Origin: a virus
Direction: 5' to 3' (one strand)
IMG/VR virus record: IMGVR_UViG_3300038379_000089
Span: 1-45,228 of that record
DNA: 45,228 bases
Below are positions 24,095 to 33,288 of the stretch, piece by piece. Every line of letters starts with the position of its first letter. The stretch's first letter is position 1. The translations under genes were made by a program, and so were the position numbers. The notes under the pieces were generated by a model. That model ran no database searches. It was not told the DNA's origin and saw nothing but the letters and a program-made list of their open reading frames with translations.

Positions 24095-25924
24095 TTAAAG
24101 AGCTGTTGTTCCGATCCATGAAATGGTCACATCCGCAAGCGTCGTTGGGGCTGCTCCAAATACAAACTCGTGTTCAAAGTAAATCTGGGTTCCTGCGGCA
24201 AACCGTATGCCTGTATCTCCGTTCACTAAGGTTACTCCAGAAGGGAAACCCACAGAGTTAAAACCGCCCACATGAAAACCGCTTCCGGTAGTCGAACCCG
24301 CTAAGAATTTAAACGTATTCTGCCCAGTTCCGGCTGTACCAAAAAGAGAGAAGTGCTGGTCTATAGGGTCGCTAGCCGAAGCCGTCAGTGTAAGCGAAGA
24401 AAGCCCGCCAAACCCGTCAATCGGAAAAGTCACCGTAGTCGGGAACGTGTAGAACGCCCCACTACCGATATTAAAGGCAAGGCCGGGGAATGTCTGGTTG
24501 AGAGTAAAGGTATCTCCCATAATATCCACAAAACCGCCGCCTCCAGTGCCGGAACCTATTTCACGAATGGTAAGGGAGCTTGTCCGTGCACCGCCAAAAA
24601 GACGGGATGTTCCGGTGTAGGTTGCGTTCACTCCGGCACTACCGGCAGAGGAATGTTTACCTACTCTAACTTTGTATGTATGGGTATTCGTATCGGCGGG
24701 AGTAATAACTTTCGAAACAAAGATACTTCCAACATCCGATTCACTTCCGGCGCTATGCAGCATGTCCGCAGCAATAGCATCAGCGGCGCTGTCGACAAAG
24801 ATAGCTGCGCTTGCCCCTATCACACTTGCACTCATACCTACGGCAATATCCGCTACGATCTCAATAGAATTTCCTACAGACGCTACAGCGTATTCCAGCG
24901 TAAGAATTTCCTGACCCTCGGTCTGTTGGGGGATGGTATCGTCTCTGGGAATGGTGGAAGTAATACTAATGAACGTATCAACCTCTGTTGAAGCTCCGAG
25001 ACCCGCACCGCCAGCGCCGACGTTGGTAAGGTTTGAACCGTCAACTGCGGGAAGTTTACCGTTTGCATCGAGTTGGACAACATTGAAGGGGGCAGTGCCT
25101 ACATCGTGTATCGCGGCTGTGCCCAGCCCAAGATTATTTCTGGCAGTAGCAGCGTCGGCGAGATCCGAAAGGTTATTCGCTGTTTGCAGGAAATCTGTAA
25201 TAGCCTGAAGAGCGGCACTTCCCAGCCCCAGATTAGCCCGTGCAGTGGGAATATCGGCGAGATCAGAGAGATTGTTTGTGCTTAAAAGGTCGCCTGTACC
25301 CGGCCCGCCACCGCCTGTGGCCCCTGTTGCGCCTCTTGCGCCTGCCACACGAATAGTCCAGTCACTATGCGTGCCGCTTCCACCAAATGCTTCCACATTC
25401 ACATCCAGCTGTCCGCCCGCGTATAGGGTAGTAGTTCCAAACATAAAGTCTACGGAGGGATTTGCGTCAGAAGTAATCAATACCTTTGCGCCGGGATCAA
25501 AGTACTTGCCCGTTTGCGTGGTAAATGTCTTAGCGCCCGCTCCAATAGTGTTGGAAGTAACAGATGTTCCTATGAGCTTTAAGGCTTGATTGGCGGCGTC
25601 TATCGCAGATTGTGCGGCAGCGGCGGCAGAGAGGGCGGCAGCAGTAGCAGAGGCAGCAGCGGCAGCGGCAGCGGCGGCCCCATAATTAGCATCGCCGTAC
25701 TGAAGCGTGACAAGATGGGTGGGAAGAATGGGATCAGGAGAATTGAGGATGCGGAAGCCGTTCATATCGAAATCCGCAGTCATAAAGTTTGGTTCATCAC
25801 CATTGCGTGATACGGTGTTCGCAAACTTCCCCGTAATCTCGTCGTTGTTATTATTAATCGTATTGATTACCTGCGTCTCGTTTGTGAGCGAGGTAAGATC
25901 ATCCAAGGTAGGGAGTTTTGGCAC
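24095..25924 (-). CDS. Tail fibre / spike protein (609 aa)
   Basis: N-terminus of the common fibre type (SRNGDEPNFMTADFDMNGFRILNSPDP). Poly-Ala coiled tract encoded by a GCN-rich run at about 25606-25680. Two NNLSDLAD..TAR.NLGLG.AA repeats and a VQLDANGKLPAVDGSNLTNV module. Confidence 0.7.
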   Translation of the reverse strand: MPKLPTLDDLTSLTNETQVINTINNNNDEITGKFANTVSRNGDEPNFMTADFDMNGFRILNSPDPILPTHLVTLQYGDANYGAAAAAAAAASATAAALSAAAAAQSAIDAANQALKLIGTSVTSNTIGAGAKTFTTQTGKYFDPGAKVLITSDANPSVDFMFGTTTLYAGGQLDVNVEAFGGSGTHSDWTIRVAGARGATGATGGGGPGTGDLLSTNNLSDLADIPTARANLGLGSAALQAITDFLQTANNLSDLADAATARNNLGLGTAAIHDVGTAPFNVVQLDANGKLPAVDGSNLTNVGAGGAGLGASTEVDTFISITSTIPRDDTIPQQTEGQEILTLEYAVASVGNSIEIVADIAVGMSASVIGASAAIFVDSAADAIAADMLHSAGSESDVGSIFVSKVITPADTNTHTYKVRVGKHSSAGSAGVNATYTGTSRLFGGARTSSLTIREIGSGTGGGGFVDIMGDTFTLNQTFPGLAFNIGSGAFYTFPTTVTFPIDGFGGLSSLTLTASASDPIDQHFSLFGTAGTGQNTFKFLAGSTTGSGFHVGGFNSVGFPSGVTLVNGDTGIRFAAGTQIYFEHEFVFGAAPTTLADVTISWIGTTAL

Positions 25925-25925
25925 G

Positions 25926-26393
25926 TTACGATACCTTTACTTTGAGGGCGATTGAAAGTTGAATGTTTCCTGTTGAAGAGCCGCCATCAGAGGTGGCTGT
26001 AATCAAATCTCCCGCAGCAATTGTATTAAGAGCGGTGGGAGTGGAAAAGAAGCGGGAGCCCGCAGCAGAACCGGAAAAGGCGACAGTGACGGTGCTGTTG
26101 GTAATAGGAATACCATTAATGAAAAAGGTGATGAGAGAGTTCGCTGCCGTAATTGCGCCGTGAAGAACGGTAGAAATGCTTTCAATTGTTCCCGCGACAG
26201 GCGCTACAAAGTACGTGGAAGAGGGGGAAGATACGTCCGCCAAAGAGCTATGTAGAATTACATTATGCGGAGGAGGACTCCACGCTCCACTGCCTGCGCC
26301 ATCGGCCACGTAAACGGTACCTACCGCAGCAGACGCTACACCCAAGGGTTCGTGCAGATTGGCGTCGTCTATATTTTTATGCTCGATTGTCAA
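25926..26393 (-). CDS. Small beta-rich structural protein (155 aa)
   Basis: ORF track. TTG start at 26393 with AGGAG (26404-26400) 6 nt upstream. Confidence 0.55.
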   Translation of the reverse strand: MTIEHKNIDDANLHEPLGVASAAVGTVYVADGAGSGAWSPPPHNVILHSSLADVSSPSSTYFVAPVAGTIESISTVLHGAITAANSLITFFINGIPITNSTVTVAFSGSAAGSRFFSTPTALNTIAAGDLITATSDGGSSTGNIQLSIALKVKVS

Positions 26394-26404
26394 GTGGAGC
26401 TCCT

Positions 26405-26452
26405 ATGAAAAGAGAAGGAAGGGGGAGAAACCTTCTTTACGACTCCTCCCCC
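26405..26452 (-). terminator. Candidate intrinsic (leaky) terminator after the capsid gene cluster
   Basis: On the minus strand, GGGGGAG (26452-26446) pairs with CTCCCCC (26427-26421) around an 18-nt loop, then TTCCTTCTCTTTTC follows. Lies between the stop at 26460 and the next RBS. Confidence 0.45.
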
Positions 26453-26459
26453 GTTCCGG

Positions 26460-26975
26460 TTAGAGATCGCCTACAGGCAACAGCTCAATAAGCAGCTTTG
26501 CTTTACCGGCAGTGGCCGTGGCAACGTTTGCACGCAGCGTGAGGTACTGATCGCTTGCAAGAATGGTGCCAATCAGAGCGCCATCGCAAGTAACCGTCTC
26601 ACCAATGGCGTCGATACTTGCCTGAGCAACGGCAACATCAATACCGTCCGCGTCGACAACAGTACCGTCCTGATTCGCAGTGCCGATGTCCAGAGTGAGA
26701 GCATCGCCCGCGCTATCAAAGGGCTCGACAACCGTGAGCACTGCCGACTTCAGCAGCATTCCCGCAGGCATAACAGCCGTAGGAACTTTGTTCACGAACT
26801 GATTAAGACCGAAGGCGGCCATATCAGAATATACGATGTCGATTTCCATTTTCTTAGTGCTGCCGGACTGACAAGGCGAACCTTCCCGAGCAGCGTCGGC
26901 CTGATCCGTACCGAATCTGACCCGCAGACCATCATTGTTTTTCCAGATGGTCGTGGCTTCATCAACAAGAGCCAT
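26460..26975 (-). CDS. Capsid-associated protein (171 aa), possibly decoration
   Basis: Immediately downstream of the major-capsid-like gene and followed by the terminator-like hairpin. Assigned from position only. Confidence 0.5.
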   Translation of the reverse strand: MALVDEATTIWKNNDGLRVRFGTDQADAAREGSPCQSGSTKKMEIDIVYSDMAAFGLNQFVNKVPTAVMPAGMLLKSAVLTVVEPFDSAGDALTLDIGTANQDGTVVDADGIDVAVAQASIDAIGETVTCDGALIGTILASDQYLTLRANVATATAGKAKLLIELLPVGDL

Positions 26976-27000
26976 AGTAGTTTACTCCATTTCTTTAAGG

Positions 27001-27948
27001 TTACACGATGACATCGGTATCGGTCAGGACAACAACGAGGTTCTCCGGACGATACAGCTTGACACCGTAACGGGCAGTCGTGACATGCTCTTCGCGCTGG
27101 AAGTCCTTGTTATAGGAGCTATCCACCTTCGGCATTTGACGCCATGCACCGACAAACGGTGAAACGCCTTGTGCCGCCGAGAAGAACAGGTTTGCTTTGC
27201 CGGTAGTCGTCGTCAGAGCGCCAATGGTTTCATTTGCATCAGCGAGATAGTTGCTGGTGTAAACGTCGAAACCATACACGTTCTTCACGAACTTCATGCC
27301 ACTTGCAATACCATCAGCAATGATACCTTCCCAACGCGGGTTATTGGATACGTTAGTGAGGTTTGTTGAAGTATTCAGCGTGTACTCGACAGACGGATCG
27401 CAAATAGCGACAAGATCCATCTGCGGTACGTTCGCCTTTTTCAGCGAGTGCAGTGCATGTGCAAAGTCGGCAGGAGAGATCGCCTCGTTAGTGCCGGTGC
27501 CCACAAAACGGTGAGCAGCGCCATTGATGAGGTTCGTGTTGTTTGCCGTTTGCTGCGCAGTCAGGCCAAGGATATCCCTTTCGAGACGGGCCATAATTGC
27601 ACGATGCTGCGCCGGAATGAACGAAGCAGAAAGCTGGGCCATGTAGAAGGAGTCCTGCTTTTGCTTATTCGTGATGTACGTAGCAGAAGAGAGGTACTCC
27701 GTGATCTGGAACTGGAACTGGCCAGTGTCCATCGCATGGTATTGTACCGAAGTGTCTTCTTCGTAGTCATCAACCTGCATTTGGTTAGAGATTGAAGGAA
27801 TGTTAAACGTGTCGCCATCCGGGAAATCCGTCAGCCAGTTAACATACTTTTGTGCCATCAGTTCATCCTGAAGCACGTCTTTCAGTTGGGTAGACCAGAC
27901 CTCTGACCTCACAAGATAGTCAGGAGAGGTGCTCGTAAAACCAGTCAT
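27001..27948 (-). CDS. Major capsid protein (315 aa)
   Basis: Position after the portal and scaffold-like genes, and size typical for HK97-fold capsid proteins of T7-like podoviruses. No motif-level proof. Confidence 0.7.
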   Translation of the reverse strand: MTGFTSTSPDYLVRSEVWSTQLKDVLQDELMAQKYVNWLTDFPDGDTFNIPSISNQMQVDDYEEDTSVQYHAMDTGQFQFQITEYLSSATYITNKQKQDSFYMAQLSASFIPAQHRAIMARLERDILGLTAQQTANNTNLINGAAHRFVGTGTNEAISPADFAHALHSLKKANVPQMDLVAICDPSVEYTLNTSTNLTNVSNNPRWEGIIADGIASGMKFVKNVYGFDVYTSNYLADANETIGALTTTTGKANLFFSAAQGVSPFVGAWRQMPKVDSSYNKDFQREEHVTTARYGVKLYRPENLVVVLTDTDVIV

Positions 27949-27979
27949 AGTTTTGTTACTCCAATGTTTGTGTTAAGGT

Positions 27980-28720
27980 TTATTTGTACGTTCCTTTTTT
28001 AGAAGCCTCGAATATCTCGTTCTGAACTTTAGTTGACCAATAGGCTGAAGGATTCGACTTACGGATAGCCTCGTAATACGCCTTCGTCCCCTTAGTCTGT
28101 TCATCAGGAGCGTTATTCTTAGCAAGAGTGTTGATGTCTCCTTTTGTAGAGGTAGGAACTACAGCAGAAGGAGCATCCACTCCAAGCGTGTTATAAAGAG
28201 CCTTCGGGCTTCGTGCGGCCATATCCTTTAACCAGCCAATCGGAATACCCAACTCCACTGACTTTTTATTTAGAAAGGCTTCGGCTTCAGCTTTCCCACC
28301 CAACTTGTCGATCAGGTAGGCGTTAGCTGCGAGAATGTTTTGTTTGGCAGCTTTATCACGATCAAGTTCAGAAACAGTTTCTTTTACCATGTCGCGGAGG
28401 TGTTCCGGACTTACTTCGCTGGGGGGTTGATTACCTTTGGCGGCAGTAAGGGCTTTAATTGCTTCTTCAGAACTCATACGAGCTTCAAGTTCCTTGCGGA
28501 GTTCCTTGTTCTCGTCCTGAATCTTTTGAATAAAAGCGTCTGCTTCGACTTTAGATTTAGCCAAGTCCTCCGTGGTTTTGAACTTCTTGCCGTTACCGAC
28601 GAGAGCTGTAAACGTGGGAGCGTCTTGGTTTGCCTCGGGCGGGGTTACCGTCTTTGGCTCGGCGCTTGCGGAAAGGGTCGTTTCATCATCAAACACAGTA
28701 GTAGCTTCACTTGCGGTCAT
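27980..28720 (-). CDS. Scaffolding protein (246 aa)
   Basis: Highly charged Ala/Lys/Glu-rich helical sequence between the portal and capsid genes. Confidence 0.6.
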   Translation of the reverse strand: MTASEATTVFDDETTLSASAEPKTVTPPEANQDAPTFTALVGNGKKFKTTEDLAKSKVEADAFIQKIQDENKELRKELEARMSSEEAIKALTAAKGNQPPSEVSPEHLRDMVKETVSELDRDKAAKQNILAANAYLIDKLGGKAEAEAFLNKKSVELGIPIGWLKDMAARSPKALYNTLGVDAPSAVVPTSTKGDINTLAKNNAPDEQTKGTKAYYEAIRKSNPSAYWSTKVQNEIFEASKKGTYK

Positions 28721-28745
28721 AAGTGCGTATCTCCATTTGTCTTCA

Positions 28746-29009
28746 TCATTCTTCCCGGGATTTTACCTCAAGAAGATTCAGAAGATCGTTGAGGGCCCGG
28801 ACGTAGCCGTTACGATCGGCGGCAAGGTACGCCCAAGAGGGACTGGAATAGTCCGCTTCCTTAAATGTAGCCCGTTCGTTTAATCTCGCCCTTAATATTT
28901 CTTTCAGGCGGTCTACTACGGGACTGGCGGCAAGCAAATCGACAAAAGCTTGTTGGTCTTCTTTTGTCTTCAGGTGCTTTACCCACTCTACATTAATTCC
29001 TAATCTCAC
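28746..29009 (-). CDS. Hypothetical protein (87 aa)
   Basis: ORF track. 4-nt overlap with the portal stop. Confidence 0.55.
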   Translation of the reverse strand: MRLGINVEWVKHLKTKEDQQAFVDLLAASPVVDRLKEILRARLNERATFKEADYSSPSWAYLAADRNGYVRALNDLLNLLEVKSREE

Positions 29010-30814
29010 GCAGCAACATCCCCTTCAACCAGTCCGGGAGGAGTTATTGCTTCTGTCTGTAACTGTTCTCGGCCTTCATTAATCAGGCGCTGGGTTTCCA
29101 TTTGCTCGAATACCCGCACGTTTTCACGGACCAAATCAAATTTCTTAAGCTCCAGCGTATCCTGCATTATCTCGGCAAGACGGAGACCGGAGATGTGCAC
29201 GTTAATCGCGGGGTCGGTGCCTATCGCCGAATTGAGCATCGCATTCAGGTTCTGGACAAAGAGGGCTCGTTTGGCGAAATGAGAGGCTCCAACCGGGCGC
29301 AGTTTACCAGAAGCAGTAATATCCTCCTTTGTGATAGTCTGGAATACAGCGGCGTCAATATCGCTCGGCAGTACCTTGATTAATTCAGGGGTAGATATAT
29401 TTCTGCGGCCTACTTCCAACATGGCATTGAGCACGTCCGTAAGGAAGTTTTGCTCAAGGGTAAGGGTTTTGTTTTGGAAGATGCGAGAAGCAGCATTCTC
29501 AAGAGTAGATACCTCATACGCGGTCTTTTCTCCGGGAGTACGGATACCCATCGCCTGACGAGGCGCTCCCGCGAGATCCTCCATCTTTTGTTCGAGCATG
29601 GCAATCTGGTTATCGGCAGCCAACGCGGTTACATCAGGGTGCATAAAATCTACATCCCCTTCATCCCCTACGTATATCCTTTCGCCCGGCTGGTAGACAA
29701 ACGCTTCCACATCGCCGCGTATCTTGAGCATGGGGAACGCGATAACATCAAAGGCGTCGGCTTTCAGGTTTTCCAGATGGTCGATGCGGTATTGCATTCC
29801 AACGAGGTTATCCAGCGGGCCCATACCGTAAAGATTATCCGGGCGCTTGCGCCATGCTTCGTGGTAGAAATGATCCCGCCCGAGCCAATTCGGATTCGGT
29901 TCCTTGCGAATAATGAAGTTGCGGTCAATGACGGTAATGATGTGGTTTTCAAGCAGCTCGTCTTTTTCTACATCGTACATATCACCATAGAATTCCAGCA
30001 CTTCCACTAATCCGGAGGCAAAGTACTGCTGCCACGAACCGAAACCGTCAATCCCGAAAGCGAGGTCCTTGAACACATCCCCGCTATCGCTTCCCGCACC
30101 TCCGCTAGTGTTGGTTACTGCTGTGTCCTTCCGTACCCGGAGAGCGTAACCGAAGGCTTTCTTTGCGAGAACGGGATCTGTATATCCTTCTGCTTCCTTC
30201 TTCAGCATCCCAAGCGTTTTCAGGGAACGGATAATCTTTGGCGTACGATTGAATGAAACAGCAGTGGGATCAAACACGATATCGTACGGAGAGATACGCA
30301 CCAGCTTTGGGCCGATGTACCCTGTGATTTCCTCTCCCGTTTGTTTATTCTTTACAGTCTCATTTACGAACTCAACGGTAGCGAATATATTCCCACAATC
30401 AATCCAATCAAGAACCAACTGTGAAACCGTGTCCATGAAACCGGATGCCTTGGTTTTGTTGAGCATGAATGCTTTGATGACATCGGCCTTTTCCTTTATC
30501 TCTGCCTCTTCATTATCCCCTTCCCAGTCCAGCCACTCGCTATTGGGGAAGAGCGCGGCCATATAGTTTGCGTGGAGGTTGTCCCGTATCTGGCAGAGTT
30601 TGGGGATGGTGGTAGAATTCTTCCAAGGCAGCTTGGAGTTGGAGGTCTTGCGCGTATCGGTTGCGAAAAGATAATTACGCAACTCCGACTTCTCGTTCAA
30701 CCAAGAAGAGCGTAGAGAATTAAGGCGCACGTAATGATTCGAGATCTCCGTTGCCATTGTTTCGGAGCCGAAGATGCCTTCCAGATCAAGAGTTTTAGAT
30801 TTACCTATTTCCAA
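29006..30814 (-). CDS. Portal protein (602 aa)
   Basis: Large acidic protein immediately downstream of the large terminase. Canonical order and size. Confidence 0.75.
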   Translation of the reverse strand: MEIGKSKTLDLEGIFGSETMATEISNHYVRLNSLRSSWLNEKSELRNYLFATDTRKTSNSKLPWKNSTTIPKLCQIRDNLHANYMAALFPNSEWLDWEGDNEEAEIKEKADVIKAFMLNKTKASGFMDTVSQLVLDWIDCGNIFATVEFVNETVKNKQTGEEITGYIGPKLVRISPYDIVFDPTAVSFNRTPKIIRSLKTLGMLKKEAEGYTDPVLAKKAFGYALRVRKDTAVTNTSGGAGSDSGDVFKDLAFGIDGFGSWQQYFASGLVEVLEFYGDMYDVEKDELLENHIITVIDRNFIIRKEPNPNWLGRDHFYHEAWRKRPDNLYGMGPLDNLVGMQYRIDHLENLKADAFDVIAFPMLKIRGDVEAFVYQPGERIYVGDEGDVDFMHPDVTALAADNQIAMLEQKMEDLAGAPRQAMGIRTPGEKTAYEVSTLENAASRIFQNKTLTLEQNFLTDVLNAMLEVGRRNISTPELIKVLPSDIDAAVFQTITKEDITASGKLRPVGASHFAKRALFVQNLNAMLNSAIGTDPAINVHISGLRLAEIMQDTLELKKFDLVRENVRVFEQMETQRLINEGREQLQTEAITPPGLVEGDVAA

Positions 30815-30828
30815 ACTTTATACCTCGT

Positions 30829-32418
30829 TTAATGGCTTATACCGCCAAAGCGGGAGTTGAAGGAAAGAACATTTACTGTATCTCTGCTGCCACGATGGGC
30901 GCTATTGATAGGAGGAACCGCTATTTCGATGGCCGAAGAAAGGGCGTCCTTGATATCGTCATGGGGTGGATTCTGGAGGGTGAGCTCTTCTTCCAACAGC
31001 TCGCAATTGCCTCCCGCGTAGTGCCAGATAGAAAGATTGGAGTAGCGAGGCTCCAGAATTGTGCTCATCCGTTCTTCCTTTGTTCCCTGATTACGTGTGG
31101 GGCGGTGTTCAACAATAGAAAGGGAGATGCCGTTCGGCTTAAGATAGCTCTCTTTCAAGTCCTTGACAATCACTTCCTGTGCAACCGAGACTTCGGCCCT
31201 GAGTTTCCTGAAGTCCCACTTAGGCAGCAGCGCCATAATCGCTTCGTAGTACTCGGATATCTTGTTTGTCTTCAGGCGCTCAATATCCAGAACGTAGATA
31301 TTCCCCAATGAATCTATTCCAATTACCACTATCGCCGTATAGTCTGCTTTTGTTTTGGTGGAAAAGGCGAAGTCTATTGCGGCGTAAACATTCAACCGGC
31401 TGCTCTTGAAATACCAGTGCCCGTCCTTGCGGGAAAGGTACTTCTTATCGTAGTACTGGAACTTGTCCTTCGAGATTAGCGAAGTCGAAGCATCATTCGG
31501 GTCATTATAGTACTGAGCACGGAACTGGGTCTTGTCGATATACTGCGCCTTTTTCCGGGCAAGAATCTCCTGATTAAAACCAAACCACTTTCCGTCATTA
31601 CGCATAGTCCGGGGCCAGATAAACTCCCCTGTTCCATCACCCGCATCTTCCACCTGTCGTTCAAACACTTCATAAACAGGACGGGTCCCCGTAATTTCGC
31701 CGTATTTGTCGAAGGTGTCTTCAGACATATCGCTTAACGTCTGATAAAGATCCTTCGGGTGGTACCGCGTGCCTACTACCCACTCGCGGGCGTCAGATCC
31801 TTCAATAGACGCCAGAAGAGAATACTGCTCCCCAACCTTCTTGCGCCCTTCTTCAGTGTAGGCATTCTCCTGAACCACTACGTCATCAAGAACAGCAATG
31901 TCGCAATGTAGACCAGTAAGAGAAGTAGTGAGGCCGCCGGTAAAAATAGTGGGGTCTCGAATCCCTTCAATCTTTCGTTTAGGGTGATCGATAGAGATTT
32001 CAGAACTTGTCCACTTCTCCCGCTTACCCTCTTCCGCATTGACGTACTCCGGCCAGTAGAATTGAAATACCTTGGAAGTGAGAATATCCTTAATTGCTTT
32101 TAGCTGCTTCTCCGCCAGATTCGCGGTGGATGAAACGTATAATAGCCGCACGTCTGGTTGCCGGACTATCTCCCAAGCACACCGGTAAGCAATGTAGGCG
32201 CTCTTGCCGTGATCTCGGGGAAGGAGCACCATTTGGTGGGTAGAGGCCCCATCTCGTGTCCACCACCTGCAAAGCTCCTCGTGAAGATGCCCTATAACCC
32301 GATGGGGCGCGATCAACTTAATAAACGATATAAGGTCGTTTTCGGCCAGTTCCCGCACCCGGTCTTTGTCAGACTTGGCGGATGGATTAATTAACTGTTC
32401 GCGTTTCTTTCGGGGCAC
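30829..32418 (-). CDS. terL: Terminase large subunit
   Basis: Walker A-like LLPRDHGKSAY and Walker B DIAVLDDVV. C-terminal RNase H-like nuclease block AAIDFAFSTKTKADYTAIVVIG. Confidence 0.9.
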   Translation of the reverse strand: MPRKKREQLINPSAKSDKDRVRELAENDLISFIKLIAPHRVIGHLHEELCRWWTRDGASTHQMVLLPRDHGKSAYIAYRCAWEIVRQPDVRLLYVSSTANLAEKQLKAIKDILTSKVFQFYWPEYVNAEEGKREKWTSSEISIDHPKRKIEGIRDPTIFTGGLTTSLTGLHCDIAVLDDVVVQENAYTEEGRKKVGEQYSLLASIEGSDAREWVVGTRYHPKDLYQTLSDMSEDTFDKYGEITGTRPVYEVFERQVEDAGDGTGEFIWPRTMRNDGKWFGFNQEILARKKAQYIDKTQFRAQYYNDPNDASTSLISKDKFQYYDKKYLSRKDGHWYFKSSRLNVYAAIDFAFSTKTKADYTAIVVIGIDSLGNIYVLDIERLKTNKISEYYEAIMALLPKWDFRKLRAEVSVAQEVIVKDLKESYLKPNGISLSIVEHRPTRNQGTKEERMSTILEPRYSNLSIWHYAGGNCELLEEELTLQNPPHDDIKDALSSAIEIAVPPINSAHRGSRDTVNVLSFNSRFGGISH

Positions 32419-33037
32419 TCGTCATCCGTTCAAGGTCTGCTTTGATAGTACCTTCTTCAGTCAGGATCTCTTTTGTCCTGCGGGCTATCTCCTCCTTCGA
32501 GGGTCTTCCGCGCTTAGCGTTCTCTTTTACCACTTCCTTTTCAGTCTCCACTAAGTATCCCCCAGTGGCAAGGAACTTGTTTGCGGCTAACCGGGTCGCC
32601 TCGGAGAAAGCCCCTTCCGCATCTACGGTAATCTTTGTAATGGCCTGCGAGCGTATCTTTGCGTTTAACTCATCGCGGGCTTCCTGCAGGTAGGGCCTGA
32701 ACCACGGGCTATCCGTCAACCGCCTCCAGTGCTCCCAGCTTCCCAGCATCCGCATAGCCACAAGGTACTCGGAGGGATCCCCGATATCCACGTACAGCTT
32801 CTTGAAGGAAGGGAGACCGGGCTTATCGTATTCCTCCAAAGTGTACAAAGGGCGATCCGCCTCGTCTCCTTCTCCCCTGCCTTTTCCTTCAAACAGGGAC
32901 TGCACCCTATAGCGCCCCATCGAATCCTTCATCTCCTTCATCACCTCTGCCGAGGGCCGCTCCACTGCGGGGGAAGGGGGGGATTCGGAATGGGGGGTAG
33001 GGGGTGTAGCAGAGATATGGGATTCTTTCTTTTTCAT
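32387..33037 (-). CDS. Putative terminase small subunit (216 aa)
   Basis: First gene of the minus-strand block; overlaps terL by 32 nt. Assigned from position only. No Shine-Dalgarno before ATG 33037. Confidence 0.45.
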   Translation of the reverse strand: MKKKESHISATPPTPHSESPPSPAVERPSAEVMKEMKDSMGRYRVQSLFEGKGRGEGDEADRPLYTLEEYDKPGLPSFKKLYVDIGDPSEYLVAMRMLGSWEHWRRLTDSPWFRPYLQEARDELNAKIRSQAITKITVDAEGAFSEATRLAANKFLATGGYLVETEKEVVKENAKRGRPSKEEIARRTKEILTEEGTIKADLERMTSAPKETRTVN

Positions 33038-33043
33038 TTATTA

Positions 33044-33049
33044 ATTATA
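33044..33049 (-). promoter_or_regulatory. TATAAT hexamer 6 nt upstream of ATG 33037 (possible leaderless start)
   Basis: The minus strand reads TATAAT-TAATAA-ATG. No SD sequence, and only weak -35 candidates (TTTACG with a 15-nt spacer). Confidence 0.25.
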
Positions 33050-33145
33050 CTCTGTTACTCTCTGCGTAAAGAAAGGAAGACGGGAAGAAAAGAAGGTAGA
33101 AGGCACACTACGCCTTAGTATCTACGCCTTCCAGATATCCTCGCT

Positions 33146-33288
33146 GGGCACCGGTTGTTTCCATCAGTAGATCCATCAGAAGAAAGAAAAGAAAGAATGG
33201 ATTAAAGAAGGAAGAAAGAAAAGAACCCAGCAGAGGGCACCATCGGTTTGCAGATAGTTCTGGCGTAAGGGGCACTATCTGTTTGTTT
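33146..33288 (-). promoter_or_regulatory. Repeated control element, copy upstream of the late (structural) operon
   Basis: Minus strand reads AAACAAACAGATAGTGCCCC...CCGATGGTGCCC, then a ~50-nt polypyrimidine tract (plus-strand purine run 33178-33228), then CCGGTGCCC. About 75% identical by eye to 36683-36761. Confidence 0.55.

Noticed and set aside
24353-24991. 212-aa plus-strand ORF and neighbours (24672-24914, 24933-25208, 25245-25589) in the fibre gene
   Set aside because: They are antisense to the 609-aa fibre ORF. The translations are low-complexity (Ser/Gly/Arg/Pro-rich).
20912-25924. Diversity-generating retroelement targeting the fibre genes
   Set aside because: There is no reverse transcriptase ORF anywhere in the genome. 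No template/variable repeat pair was seen at the nucleotide level.
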